From contig CAWJCS010000002.1 in the NCBI GenBank assembly GCA_963841435.1, positions 672,001 through 736,000 of the forward strand: DNA of 64,000 bases. Direction: 5' to 3'. A program made the translations under genes and the position numbers. The first letter of the stretch is position 1. Every line of letters begins with the position of its first letter. Of the stretch, positions 18,098-28,229 are shown piece after piece. This stretch comes from an uncultured delta proteobacterium. Its GTDB lineage: Bacteria; Myxococcota_A; Polyangia; Polyangiales; Polyangiaceae. The notes beneath the pieces were generated by a model. It saw only the letters and a program-made list of their open reading frames with translations, had not been told where the DNA came from and searched no databases.

Positions 18098-19642
18098 CTA
18101 GTTGATGCGAAAGCTCTTCGAAACGGTGACGGGGTTGCCCGAGAACGCGGGGATGCGCGCGCGGCGGAAGACTCCCGCCACGCAGCCACCGACGGACGTG
18201 CCCGCGAAGGGCGGCGTCGACACGTTGGCCGTCGTGACCCTGCCGCTCGAGGCGAACGTCACCGTCGCTTTGCCCGTGCCCGTGGGGCCGCCCGACTTCG
18301 CGCAGCTTGACGCGTTGGCTGCCGCCTGAGTGAGCGCGACCTGGGCTGCCGACACGCTGAACGGGCCGCTTCCCGAGACCGGCATCGTCTTCGTGTCCTC
18401 TTCCTTGGTCAACTTCTTGGAGCTGGAGCTGGAGCTCGAGCTCGAGCCGCTGCTCGAGCTGGAGCTGCCCGAACCCGAGCTGGCGCTGGAGCCACTGCCG
18501 GTGTTGGCGGCCACCTTCGCCGGCTCGGGCGCGGCCGAGGCCGAAGCTCGAGCTGCGGCAGCCGCCGCCTCCGCCTTCTTCCTGGCTTCCTCGGCCTTCT
18601 TCCGTTCCTCTTCGGCCTTCTTCTTCGCGTCCGCCGCCTCCTGCTCCGCCGCGGCGAGGGCCGAGGCCGCTGCCCTCGCGCTCGCCTCTGCCTCGGGCGA
18701 ATCGCCGCCGCTCTTGCCGATCAGGAGACCGAGGAGCAACAGGATCAGCGCGCCGGCCGCGCCCGCGCCATAGAGGACCATCTTGTTGATCGGCTTTCCC
18801 GCGACGGCCACCGCCTCCACGCGCGGTGGTGGCGGGTCGGGGGGCGCGGGCGCCGTGAGCAGCGCCTGGTTGGCGTTGAGCGAAAAGAGGGGGTTGGCAC
18901 CGCCGAGCTCCGCCGGACCCATCGCAAACGGATCGCCGCTGGGCGCGGGCGGGCGCTGCTGCGGCTCGGGCCTCTTTCCCGGCGCCTGTCCCGTGAGCCC
19001 ACCCTTCAGCGAGTCGAGCGAGAAGAGCACGGAGTTCTCGTTGCGCGCTCCGGTCATCTTGCCGTCGTCGTAGGCACTGGTTCCAGCGGCCGGCAGGTGC
19101 GGAGCGCTCGTCGCGACCTCGTCCTCGTCGTTGCTCTGGGCATCGAAGAGGTCCACGGCTCCGCCCCCCGTGCGTCCCCCGGCCAGCTTGGCCGGCATCG
19201 GCGCCGTCACGACGGTGGGGCCGAATGGGGTCCCCGCGGGCACGCCGGCGGCCGGCAGCACCACCTTGAGCTCCTCGCATTCGCCGATGGCGACCCAGTC
19301 GGCCATGCCGTCCTTCCAGACGTAGGCGTCGTGCGTCACGACCCCGCTCTGCCAGCCCGCGACAATCTCTTGCGTCGTCATGGTGCGCTGGTCGGTCTCG
19401 CTCAGGTTGACGGACCACGCGATCTCGGGCGCGCCACCGGCGGTGGGCGGCGCAGCGGCAGGGTCCGCGGCGGGAGCGGCCGCCTGTGCGGCCGCGGCTT
19501 CGGCGGCCGCCGCCTCTTGTGCTTGGCCGTCCACCACGATGGGCGTCCCGCAGCTCTTGCAGCGGATCTTGACCTTCCGCCCCCGGACCTTCTCGTCCGA
19601 GATGGTGTACTTGGCGCCGCAGGCTTGGCAGCTGACTTTCAT
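18098..19642 (-). CDS. Zinc-ribbon (MJ0042-type) + GYF_2 + TM + TonB-C-like protein (GltJ/AgmX-like)
   Basis: MKVSCQACGAKY...IRCKSC; YVWKDGMADW; ARNENSVLFSL; TM helix; coiled/Ser linker; C-terminal C...GRV...CV...F. Confidence 0.8.
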   Translation of the reverse strand: MKVSCQACGAKYTISDEKVRGRKVKIRCKSCGTPIVVDGQAQEAAAAEAAAAQAAAPAADPAAAPPTAGGAPEIAWSVNLSETDQRTMTTQEIVAGWQSGVVTHDAYVWKDGMADWVAIGECEELKVVLPAAGVPAGTPFGPTVVTAPMPAKLAGGRTGGGAVDLFDAQSNDEDEVATSAPHLPAAGTSAYDDGKMTGARNENSVLFSLDSLKGGLTGQAPGKRPEPQQRPPAPSGDPFAMGPAELGGANPLFSLNANQALLTAPAPPDPPPPRVEAVAVAGKPINKMVLYGAGAAGALILLLLGLLIGKSGGDSPEAEASARAAASALAAAEQEAADAKKKAEEERKKAEEARKKAEAAAAAARASASAAPEPAKVAANTGSGSSASSGSGSSSSSSGSSSSSSSSSKKLTKEEDTKTMPVSGSGPFSVSAAQVALTQAAANASSCAKSGGPTGTGKATVTFASSGRVTTANVSTPPFAGTSVGGCVAGVFRRARIPAFSGNPVTVSKSFRIN

Positions 19643-19774
19643 CGGGAGTTACCTAGGGTTCCGGTGATCTCTTGCACCGGCCGGGATGCTAAACTTACAA
19701 AAATTCGCGCCTCCCGGGAAGCATTGGGCATTTTTACGCAAAAGCGGCGGCTTCGTCTCGAGCCCAGGGGGCGG

Positions 19775-21256
19775 CTAGTTCACCGGTACCAGAGCGGCGC
19801 CGCATTGGCCGCAAAATTGGCTCTCGCCCACGTACTGGGCGCCACAGACGGGACAAATCTTACGGGTCTCCTTGGGGACGGCCATGGTGCGGCTCGCAAA
19901 GACGGAAGGCGGCACGAGGGGCTCGTCGTGCTTCGGGCAAATGTTGACGCCCGGGTCAAAGCCCTGGCCGCACACCGGGCATACCGCGCCCGTGGGGATG
20001 GGGCCGCGCGTCGGCTCGAGCGGCACGAGCCGGTTGCCGTCAACGGCGCAAAACTGTGCGTCGGGTGGGTACTCGTCGCGGCACGTGGGGCAGACCATGG
20101 GCGCGCGGGGTGCCGCCGGCGACGCCTGCCGGCGGCTCGACGGTGCCCCTGTCTTCTCGGCGCGCCGATTGCGCCGCGCGAGCACGAAGCCAAGCAAGCC
20201 GAGCAAGAGCGCGGCGCCTCCCACGACGCCGACGAACAAAGTGCGACGGTGCCCTGACTCGTCTTCGATGACGGTCGAGCGCGCGCCGACCAATCCGCTT
20301 TCGAGACGCAGAACGGCAGCGTCCGCCGAAGCACCCGTCTCGTCGAAGCCACCGCCGGCCAGCAACGCGGAGAACCGCTCCTTCGAGACGATGTCGAGCG
20401 CCGCGCTCACGGAGCGGCCGCCCACGGTCGCGACGAGCCTCGCATCGCCCTCGGGTGCGTCGTCCGCGACGTGCACGGCACCGCCCGAAAGCGTCACGCC
20501 CTCGACGTCCCCCTCCAGGCGGAAGCTCGGGCTCACCGAGAGCGAGCATCCCTTCGCATCGAGGACGGCGGCCTGGAAGGCGAACGATTGCCCCGGCTGA
20601 ATCAGCTTTCGGGAAGGACGAAGCTCGATTCTCGCCGCGGGGCCGACGCTCGCGCAGGAGGACTCGCGCGAAGGCTTCGCGGTCGCAGCGCCGCGCCCGG
20701 GGCTGCTCGCGGCCGGCGTCGCGCTCGTGCCGCCGGCCGGCGCCGCCCTCACGGGTTGGAAGTAGCGTGTGCGGCGGACGCTCGCCGTGCAGTTCTGACC
20801 TTGGATCACGAACTGGTACTGCCCCGTCTCGTCGAACGTCACGAGCGTGTCGGTCGCCGTCACGGTCGTGACGAGCCGCGCCTGTCGCGCGTCGCCGGTG
20901 GGGCTCCTGCAGCTCGTCTGCCAGCGACGGGTGCTCGCGCTGTGACCGGTGCGGCTGAGACCGGGAAACTGCTCCCAGCATTCGGTGGTGCGGTACGTTC
21001 GCCCGACGCCACTAATGACGAGCTCCTTGCCGTTCTCCGCGATCGTCGCGATGCCGCCGGGCTCGCCGCCGCCGTTCGGCCTCGGGCCGCACGCCGGACC
21101 CCAATCGCCGATGTTCCAGCTCGCCGTCATGGCCGTCGCCGTCCAGCGGCCGGCGAGCGAAGCTGTGTCGGCGTGAGCCAACGGCGCACCGAGGAGCACG
21201 AGCGTGAACCACGAGAGTCCCACCCGCGGAACGATTCTTGATTGCCGAAGCTCCAT
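19775..21256 (-). CDS. Exported membrane protein with Ig-like domain and three C-terminal zinc ribbons
   Basis: Signal AHA, Ig-like segment, TM + RRNRR, then CPTC..CAVD, CPVC..CPKH, CPVC..CGQC. Confidence 0.7.
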   Translation of the reverse strand: MELRQSRIVPRVGLSWFTLVLLGAPLAHADTASLAGRWTATAMTASWNIGDWGPACGPRPNGGGEPGGIATIAENGKELVISGVGRTYRTTECWEQFPGLSRTGHSASTRRWQTSCRSPTGDARQARLVTTVTATDTLVTFDETGQYQFVIQGQNCTASVRRTRYFQPVRAAPAGGTSATPAASSPGRGAATAKPSRESSCASVGPAARIELRPSRKLIQPGQSFAFQAAVLDAKGCSLSVSPSFRLEGDVEGVTLSGGAVHVADDAPEGDARLVATVGGRSVSAALDIVSKERFSALLAGGGFDETGASADAAVLRLESGLVGARSTVIEDESGHRRTLFVGVVGGAALLLGLLGFVLARRNRRAEKTGAPSSRRQASPAAPRAPMVCPTCRDEYPPDAQFCAVDGNRLVPLEPTRGPIPTGAVCPVCGQGFDPGVNICPKHDEPLVPPSVFASRTMAVPKETRKICPVCGAQYVGESQFCGQCGAALVPVN

Positions 21257-21334
21257 CCTGAGGCCCGAGAACCATCTCCCGTCTGGCGCCGAGGATCTTA
21301 GCCAAAAGCGGCGTCGGCCCGCGAGATTCCCGCG

Positions 21335-21364
21335 TTGACACTCGAAATTCACGGGTGCTAGCTT
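21335..21364 (+). promoter_or_regulatory. Sigma70-type promoter for the OmpA/TSP3 gene
   Basis: TTGACA (21335-21340), 18 bp spacer ending TGn, TAGCTT (21359-21364), 42 bp before ATG 21407. Confidence 0.6.
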
Positions 21365-21406
21365 GCGAACGCCTTCGCCCGAAGGCCTGAAAATCGACCG
21401 GTCGCG

Positions 21407-23464
21407 ATGCTGCCCCGCCCCTGCTTGCCGCGTACCCACGCCCTCACACGTGCTGCTGTGGCCCTTTTCGGGCTCCTGGCGGTCTGCCGGCCGGCGGCCG
21501 CCCAAATCACCGACTCGGGCCGCCGCGTCCCGGCGAGCAACGGCGATGGCATGGACACGCACCTGTTCCGTCCCGCCGTCGATTCCAAGGGCTTCTTCTC
21601 GGTCAACGGCTCGGACATCCTCGGTCACCAGAACATCAGCTTCGGGTTGGTCCTCGACTACGGGCACAACATCATGCGCACGCGCTCCGATCGCGTGCCC
21701 ATCGATCCGAGCTCCGTGCCCGCGGGCGGCGAGTGCCAGGACCAGACCTGTGAGTTCGTGCCCGGCGAGGATGGCTCGGGCGTCCCGGCGCTGATTCAAA
21801 ACTCGTTCCAAGGCACGTTCGGTTTCAACTACGGCCTGTTCAACCGTGCGGTCGTTGGCCTCACGGTGCCGGTGGTGCTCATCTCGGGCGACCCGGCCTA
21901 TCAGATCGGGCCGAACGGCGGCCTCTACAATTCGGCAGTCCTCGACGCTCAGGCCCTCAGCACCATCGCACTCCACGGAAAATTGCGCCTCACGCGCGTC
22001 GATCGCGGGCCGGGCCTCGCGCTCATCGTGCAGGCCGGCATCCCGATCGGCGCGACGCCGCGCGGCCTGGGTGCCGATCCGGGGCTCTGGTACTGGCCGC
22101 GGGCCGTGTTGGAGCAACGGCTCGGTGACACGAACTGGTTCAAGGTGGGCGTGAACGTCGGCTACCGCGGCCACACCGGCAAGAATCCACGCTTCGAGCA
22201 GGACTTCGGCAACCGCGACCAGCTCAAGGAAGGCAACTTCGAGTACGGCAACCTCGCGACGCTCGGGCTCGGCCTGTCGATCCGAGCGCTCGACGCGCTC
22301 GACATCGTTGCCGAAACGTACGGCACCTACCAGATGGACGGCGCCTCGGACGCGGGGCAGAAGATGAGCCAGGAGATCATCGGCGGTATCAAGCTGTTCA
22401 TCGAGAAGAACAGCTACCTGATGATGGGCGGCGGCAGCCGCGCGTTCAGCACGGGCTTCGAGGCCGCCGACGTGCGCCTCGTGCTCGGCTTCGTCTTCGA
22501 GCCGTCGATCGGCGATCGCGATGGCGACGGTTACAAGGACGACGTCGACCAGTGCCCCGACGAGCCCGAAGATTTCGACGGCTTCAAGGACGAGGACGGC
22601 TGCCCCGATCCCGACAACGACGACGACGGAATCCTCGACATCAACGACCGCTGCCCGAACATCCCCGAGGATCGCGACGGCGATCAGGACGAGGACGGCT
22701 GCCCCGAGGGCAAGAAGGACGGCGACCGCGACGGTGACGGCATCCTCGACTCGAGGGACAAGTGCCCCGACGACCCCGAGGACAAGGACGGCTTCGAGGA
22801 CGCCGACGGCTGCCCCGATCTCGACAACGACAAGGATGGCATCCCCGACGCCTCCGACCAGTGCCCTAACGACCCCGAGGACTTCGATAAGTTCGAGGAC
22901 AAGGACGGCTGCCCCGAGCCGGACAACGACCACGACCAGATCCCCGACGCCAAGGACAAGTGCCCGCTCGAGCCCGAGACCTACAACGGGTTCCAGGACC
23001 AGGACGGTTGCCCCGACAAGGGCAAGGTCATCATCGAGGGCAACGAAATCGTGATCCTCGAGAAGGTGCAGTTCGAGACGAACAGCGCGAAGATCCTGCC
23101 CCAGTCAACCGAAATCCTCGACGCCGTCGCGGCGACGCTCAAGGGCCACCCGGAGTTCCTCGTGGTGGAGGTAGCTGGACACGCCGACGAGCGCGCGAGC
23201 GACGACTACAACCTCCGACTCACCAAGGCGCGCGCGGCCTCCGTCGTGGAGGCGCTGCGCTTGCGTGGCATCACCTCCTCGCGGCTCGTGTCGCAAGGGT
23301 ACGGCGAGTATTGCCCGGCCGACAACGCTTCCAACCCAGAAGCGTGGGAGCGGAACCGCCGCGTCGAGTTCAAAGTCGTGAAGACCGAGGACGGCGTGAC
23401 GGACGCCAAGCGGGGCTGCCCCATCGCGACCGATCACGGCGTCGTGCCGCCCCCCGTGAAGTAG
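21407..23464 (+). CDS. OmpA-family protein with beta-barrel and thrombospondin type-3 repeats
   Basis: Signal peptide; repeated DxDxDGxxDxxDxCP; OmpA domain VQFETNSA..GHAD..YNLRLTKARA..GYGE..NRRVEF. Confidence 0.92.
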   Translation: MLPRPCLPRTHALTRAAVALFGLLAVCRPAAAQITDSGRRVPASNGDGMDTHLFRPAVDSKGFFSVNGSDILGHQNISFGLVLDYGHNIMRTRSDRVPIDPSSVPAGGECQDQTCEFVPGEDGSGVPALIQNSFQGTFGFNYGLFNRAVVGLTVPVVLISGDPAYQIGPNGGLYNSAVLDAQALSTIALHGKLRLTRVDRGPGLALIVQAGIPIGATPRGLGADPGLWYWPRAVLEQRLGDTNWFKVGVNVGYRGHTGKNPRFEQDFGNRDQLKEGNFEYGNLATLGLGLSIRALDALDIVAETYGTYQMDGASDAGQKMSQEIIGGIKLFIEKNSYLMMGGGSRAFSTGFEAADVRLVLGFVFEPSIGDRDGDGYKDDVDQCPDEPEDFDGFKDEDGCPDPDNDDDGILDINDRCPNIPEDRDGDQDEDGCPEGKKDGDRDGDGILDSRDKCPDDPEDKDGFEDADGCPDLDNDKDGIPDASDQCPNDPEDFDKFEDKDGCPEPDNDHDQIPDAKDKCPLEPETYNGFQDQDGCPDKGKVIIEGNEIVILEKVQFETNSAKILPQSTEILDAVAATLKGHPEFLVVEVAGHADERASDDYNLRLTKARAASVVEALRLRGITSSRLVSQGYGEYCPADNASNPEAWERNRRVEFKVVKTEDGVTDAKRGCPIATDHGVVPPPVK
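22513..23020 (+). repeat. Coding TSP3-type Ca-binding repeats
   Basis: Recurring gacggctgcccc / gacaacgac units encoding DGCPDxDNDxDG. Confidence 0.85.
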
Positions 23465-23468
23465 CGCG

Positions 23469-25157
23469 TCAGGGTCGCCGTTTTAGGCGGTCGATGCCGA
23501 GCAGCGAGCCGAAAAACTCCGCGAGGTCCTCGAACAGCATGCCGTCGAGGCTCGTCACGGAGAGCAGGGCGACGCCACGCGGCTCGGCGCCGAGCACCAC
23601 CGGCAGCATGACGAGCGCGCGCCCGCTGCGCTCGAAGAGCGGATGGCAGGGCAGGCTGCGCGGCTCGACGTTCTCGCTTCCGGCGCGGCGACCACCCGGC
23701 CCGTAGCCGAACAGCACGCGCGCCGTCGTGTCACCTGGTTCGAGCTCGGCGAGCAGTCCGGCCTCGATGCCGGCGGGCGAAAGCTCCTCGGCGGCAACGT
23801 CGCCGAGCGCTTCGGGGTTCACGAAGAGCGCTGTCGTCGCGCGCCGCTCGAAGCGCAGGAAGCGCCGCGCGGCGACCTGCGCACGCAGCGCTTCCGACTG
23901 CGACGTGAAGCTCGTCGCGGCGACGCGCGCGGCGTGCAGCGCCTCCTCCAGCCGCGCGCGAGCCGTCAGGTCCGCGACGACGCAGGGCAGGGCCTGCAGG
24001 CGTAGCGCCGAGATCACCTCCTGGGCCACGCTGGCGTCGGCGTGTGCGCGCTCCACCTTGCGCAAGATCTGTCCGAGCTGCTTTTGCAGCCCGCCGGGCT
24101 CCCCGCGACGAAGCTCGGCGATGAGCGCATCGAGCAGCCGACCTTCCCAGCCGGTGCCCGCGGCTCCGAACGTGCCCTTGGCGGCGCGCACCATCTCGGC
24201 GAGGATGATCTGGCGCCGCTGCACGAACGATGTTTCGACGCCGCCGGTGGCGGTCGCGCTCGCCTGGGACGCGAGGCCCACGCGCTTCTCGACGCACCCG
24301 CAGGAGGAGCGGACGACGAGCTCGGTGGGAAGCCTCCCGGTCCCAGGCTGCTCGCCGCGCGCGACCGCGAGCAGTCGCTGCACGCCTTCGCGTCCGAGCT
24401 CGTGTCCGGGCTGGTGCGCCGTCGTGAGGGGTGGATGGGAGCTCTTGGCGGAATCCACGTCGTCGAAGCCGGCGACCGCGATCTCGTCGGGCACGGAGAT
24501 GCCTCGCCGGTCGAGCTCGTCGATCACGCCGAGCGCCATGTAGTCGTTGGCGGCCACGACGGCCTGCACGGCACCGACGGGCACGCGGCGCTCGTCGAGG
24601 AGCGTGCGCAGAGCCGCGCTGCCGCTTGCGCGCGTGTAGTCGCCGTCGAGCTCGAGCCGCGCGTCTGGAACGACGGACGCTCCGGCGAGCGCCGCGCGGT
24701 AGGCGTCGAGCCGCTCCTCGGCCTCCTGGCTGGCGCGCGGCCCACACACGAACGCGATGCGCTCGAGGTGATGCGCGCTCACGAGATGCTCCACGACCTC
24801 GCGCATGCCGCCCGCATTCTCGACGGTGACGCTCGGGCGCCCCGGTACGTCCATCCCGAGGCAGGTCACGGGCAGCGGGTCGAAGCGCCCGAGCCACGCT
24901 GCCATACGCTCCGTTCCGAGCGCGGTTGCGACCGCGCCGCACAGCGCCACGACGCCGGAGACGTTCTCGGGCCCCACCAGGTCGAACACGAAGTTTCGCG
25001 CGCGCCGCCGCGGGTCGGTGTCGTTCAACGCGCCGCCCGCGACGCAGAGCACCGTTGCATCGACCGTTCGCGCGCCCGCGATGGTGCCGCTCAAGACGTC
25101 AACTTCGTGCTCGTCGTCGAGCGACTCGGTCAATAAGCCAATGAGCGTACCCTTCAC
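23469..25157 (-). CDS. LacI-type sugar-binding-domain protein lacking an HTH
   Basis: VENAGGM..HL..RIAFVCGP..AANDYMALG..VPDEIAVAGFDD..PPLTT..LVVRSSCGC; GTG start overlaps tyrS stop (GTGA). Confidence 0.8.
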   Translation of the reverse strand: MKGTLIGLLTESLDDEHEVDVLSGTIAGARTVDATVLCVAGGALNDTDPRRRARNFVFDLVGPENVSGVVALCGAVATALGTERMAAWLGRFDPLPVTCLGMDVPGRPSVTVENAGGMREVVEHLVSAHHLERIAFVCGPRASQEAEERLDAYRAALAGASVVPDARLELDGDYTRASGSAALRTLLDERRVPVGAVQAVVAANDYMALGVIDELDRRGISVPDEIAVAGFDDVDSAKSSHPPLTTAHQPGHELGREGVQRLLAVARGEQPGTGRLPTELVVRSSCGCVEKRVGLASQASATATGGVETSFVQRRQIILAEMVRAAKGTFGAAGTGWEGRLLDALIAELRRGEPGGLQKQLGQILRKVERAHADASVAQEVISALRLQALPCVVADLTARARLEEALHAARVAATSFTSQSEALRAQVAARRFLRFERRATTALFVNPEALGDVAAEELSPAGIEAGLLAELEPGDTTARVLFGYGPGGRRAGSENVEPRSLPCHPLFERSGRALVMLPVVLGAEPRGVALLSVTSLDGMLFEDLAEFFGSLLGIDRLKRRP

Positions 25158-26428
25158 GAGAACCTGAGCACGTGCCAGAGCTTCTTCCCGCGACGGACCA
25201 ACAGCAGGCGGCCGAACATGAGGTCGTCGCTTTTGACCACGATCTCGAGCGTTGCACGATCTCCATTCACGAGCACGGCGCCCTGCTCGAGCAGCTCTCG
25301 CGCTTCGCGCTTGCTCTTGGCGACGCCGCCTTCCACGAGGAGCTCGAGCAGCGGAGCGCCCTCGCCTTCGACGCGCGCCCGCGGCATGCCGGCGCTCGGC
25401 GCGCTCTCGAACACCTCGGCGAGCACTTGTTCGCCCAGGGCGCGCACGTTGCCCGAGAACAGAGCCTCCGTTGCGGCCTCCGCGCGCGCGAGGCCCTCGG
25501 CCCCGTGCACGAGCTCGGTGACGTGACGGGCGAGCTCGCGCTGAGCCAGCCGCTTCGCGGGATCCCCCGTGTGCGCGGCGAGGACCTGCCTGAGCTCGTC
25601 GAGCGGTTTCAAGTCGTAGACGAAGAGGAAGCGCCCGACATCGGCGTCGGCCGTGTTGAGCCAGAACTGGTAAAAGGCGTAGGGCGACGTCCGTTCCGGG
25701 CTGAGCCAGATCGCTCCCGACTCCGTCTTGCCGAACTTGCCGCCGTCCGCTTTCGTGACGAGCGGCGCCGTGAGACCGTGTGCCTGGGCGCGCTCCGTGC
25801 GGCGGACGAGATCGATACCCGCCACGATGTTGCCCCACTGATCCGAGCCCGCGACCTCGAGCGTGACGCCGTGTGCGCGGTAAAGGTGCAGGAAATCGTA
25901 GGCCTGGAGCAGCATGTAGCTAAATTCGGTGTAGCTGATGCCTTGCTCGCGATTTTCGAGTCGCTCTCGCACGCTGTCCTTCTGGATCATCATGTTGACC
26001 GAGAAGTGCTTGCCGATGTCGCGTAGCACCTCGATGAACGACAGCTCGCACAGCCAGTCGGCGTTGTTCACGTAACGGACGGGGTTCTCTCCGCCCCCAT
26101 CGAGCAGGCGGTCGAAAATACGCCGCTGGCTCGCGACGTTCGCCTCGACGGCAGCGCGGTCGCGCAGGGTACGTTCGGCATCCTTGCCCGATGGATCGCC
26201 GATGAGCCCGGTGCCGCCGCCGAGCAGCACGACGGGCCGGTGCCCCGCGAGCTGAAAGCGCCTGAGGAGCAGGATCGGGACGAGATTACCGACGGTGAGG
26301 GAGTCGGCTGTCGGATCGAAACCCGCGTACAGCGAGCGACTGCCGCTTTCGAGGTGGCTCCTGAGCTCGGCGGCATCGGTCGTCTGATGGAGCAGGCCGC
26401 GCTCGTCGAGGTCGTTCAAGATGTCCAT
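25154..26428 (-). CDS. tyrS: Tyrosine--tRNA ligase
   Basis: GFDPTADSL, GDPSG, YMLLQAYDF, GSDQWGNI, KFGKT, S4 domain RRGKK. Confidence 0.96.
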   Translation of the reverse strand: MDILNDLDERGLLHQTTDAAELRSHLESGSRSLYAGFDPTADSLTVGNLVPILLLRRFQLAGHRPVVLLGGGTGLIGDPSGKDAERTLRDRAAVEANVASQRRIFDRLLDGGGENPVRYVNNADWLCELSFIEVLRDIGKHFSVNMMIQKDSVRERLENREQGISYTEFSYMLLQAYDFLHLYRAHGVTLEVAGSDQWGNIVAGIDLVRRTERAQAHGLTAPLVTKADGGKFGKTESGAIWLSPERTSPYAFYQFWLNTADADVGRFLFVYDLKPLDELRQVLAAHTGDPAKRLAQRELARHVTELVHGAEGLARAEAATEALFSGNVRALGEQVLAEVFESAPSAGMPRARVEGEGAPLLELLVEGGVAKSKREARELLEQGAVLVNGDRATLEIVVKSDDLMFGRLLLVRRGKKLWHVLRFS

Positions 26429-26459
26429 GCGGGCGCCCAGATTAGATCATTATCCCGGC

Positions 26460-28167
26460 TCATCCGCCGTTCGGCATCGATCGCACGCCGTTCGTGGGCG
26501 TTGGCGCGCCGTTCGGGGGTGCGACGGCCGGTGCCGAACGCGCGTCCTCCGGCGCCTGCGGCGCGCCGCTTGCGCCCTTTTGGGCGCCATTCGGTGCGGG
26601 CGGTCCGGCGGTCGGCGACAGCCAGCGAAGCGGACCTGCGAGCACGTGCTCGGCGCTCGGGCCGCCGCCGTCGGCGACGAGCACGTCACCCGAGGGAGTG
26701 AGCGCGAGCGGCCGTTGCTTGAGCTCGTTCAGCACCGCGGGGCGCTCGAGGTCGACCACGAACGAGCCCACCACGGCGCTCGAATCCGGCGACGATCGGC
26801 GCGTCGCCGCCCCCCGCGTCGTCGAGCAGCACGCGCTCCGCACCTCGCTCGGCGTCGAAGACCACGAGCGCCCGACCGCGCAGCAGGTAGGCCCTCGTGC
26901 CGAGCGTCGCGAGCACCCGATCGCCCGGCTTCGTGGCCAGCGTGCGGCGCCGTTCGAGATCGACGAGCACGGTGTCAGGGCCCGGGTAAAGTGGAACGAG
27001 ACGAGCGGGTGGCTCGGGCCAGCGATCCAGCGCGAGCGGCTGCAGCTCGAGCCCGAGCGGCAGGCGATAGGCGGGCCCGACCAGCTCGACCTTGGCGCGA
27101 AAGGACACCTTGCCGCTGCAGGCCATGAGGAGCAGCTGCCGGTCCGGATCGGCGGCGAGCACGCGCCCGGAGCAATCCGCGCTCGAGAGCGGTATGCGAC
27201 GCTCCCCGCGATGCAGCACGAGCGCGCCGTCCCGGGAGCGCAGGATCCGATCGGTTCCGAACGGGAGCGCGAGGTCTTGCGACGGTGGCCCGTGCTGGCC
27301 GTCGCGCCCGACGACCACGCTGCTCGGTCGGTCGCCCGTTTCACTCGCGACCCGGAAATGAGGGATGGGCCCCTGGCAGCGCAGGCGCGGCTCTTTGGCG
27401 AGCGCCACGGGAAAATCGATACGTCCGTTGCCGCTCGTGTCCTCGCTCATGACGAACGCCACGAGCGCGTCGCCGCGGCCGTCCCAGGCGAGCCGCCAGA
27501 CCTCGCCGCCTAGGCTCGGGACCGGCGTTTCCCGTCCCGTCGCGAGCTCTCTCAGCACGAGGCCTGGCGACGCACCTCGTCGCACGTAGGCGAGCAGCTC
27601 TCCGCGCGGGTCGAACGCGAGGGCGCGGTGCTGGCGGTAGTCGAGCACGTCGTCCCGGGTGTCGAGCCCGAGCTCGCCGAGGTCAACCGGCGCACCGCCC
27701 GACGTGTCGAGCAGCCGCACGTGCCCTGCCTGCCGGACGACGAGGTAGCGCCCCTTGGGGTCGAAGCCGAACAGATCGTCGATGGGCTCGGCGGGCGCCG
27801 CGCCGACGAACAGCTCCGGAACGAGCGCGTCGCCGCCGAGTCGCCCGTCGCCGGCGACGGTCACCTCGAGCTTGCCGTCGTGATTGGTGTCGGCGCGCGC
27901 GACGCACGCCGCGATCCACCGCCCGGTGCGGCCGACCTCGAGCAGCGTGAGGGGGACGGGGTCGCCGAGCACCGCGAGCGCTCCGGGCGGCTCGGCCGCC
28001 GTGGGCGGCTCAGGTGTCGCTTTCGGCCGGGGCGCGGGGGGCTGCGCCGCGTGACTCGCGGCGGGGGGCGCGGGCCGGGGGGGGGCCACCGCCGCGCGGG
28101 GCCGGGGTGCGCTCGCGCAGCCGGCCGCGAGCACGAGCATCAGCGAGCTTGCACGAAAGAGGGCCAC
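26460..28167 (-). pseudogene. Beta-propeller-like lipoprotein interrupted by a +1 frameshift near 26784
   Basis: Lipobox AAGC; DTNHDG and DTSGNG Ca-loop motifs; protein-like sequence switches from ORF 26686-28314 (..PIVAG) to ORF 26460-27344 (SSAVVGSFVVDL..PLAL..GDVLVA) at GGATTCGAGC. Confidence 0.65.
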
Positions 28168-28229
28168 GATCGAAAGGACAGTAGGCTCGGATGGAGCATT
28201 CCAAAAAGTTCTGCTACGAGGTCTCGCCG

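Noticed and set aside
18420-18490. GAGCTG/GAGCTC hexamer run as a contingency repeat
   Set aside because: Imperfect and in frame; encodes a Ser-rich linker
21257-22933. N-terminal half of the 1052-aa minus-strand ORF
   Set aside because: Antisense shadow of the OmpA/TSP3 gene; the repetitive hydrophobic text mirrors the Asp-rich repeats
22513-23020. CRISPR-like periodic repeats
   Set aside because: Degenerate in-frame coding TSP3 repeats; no unique spacers or cas genes
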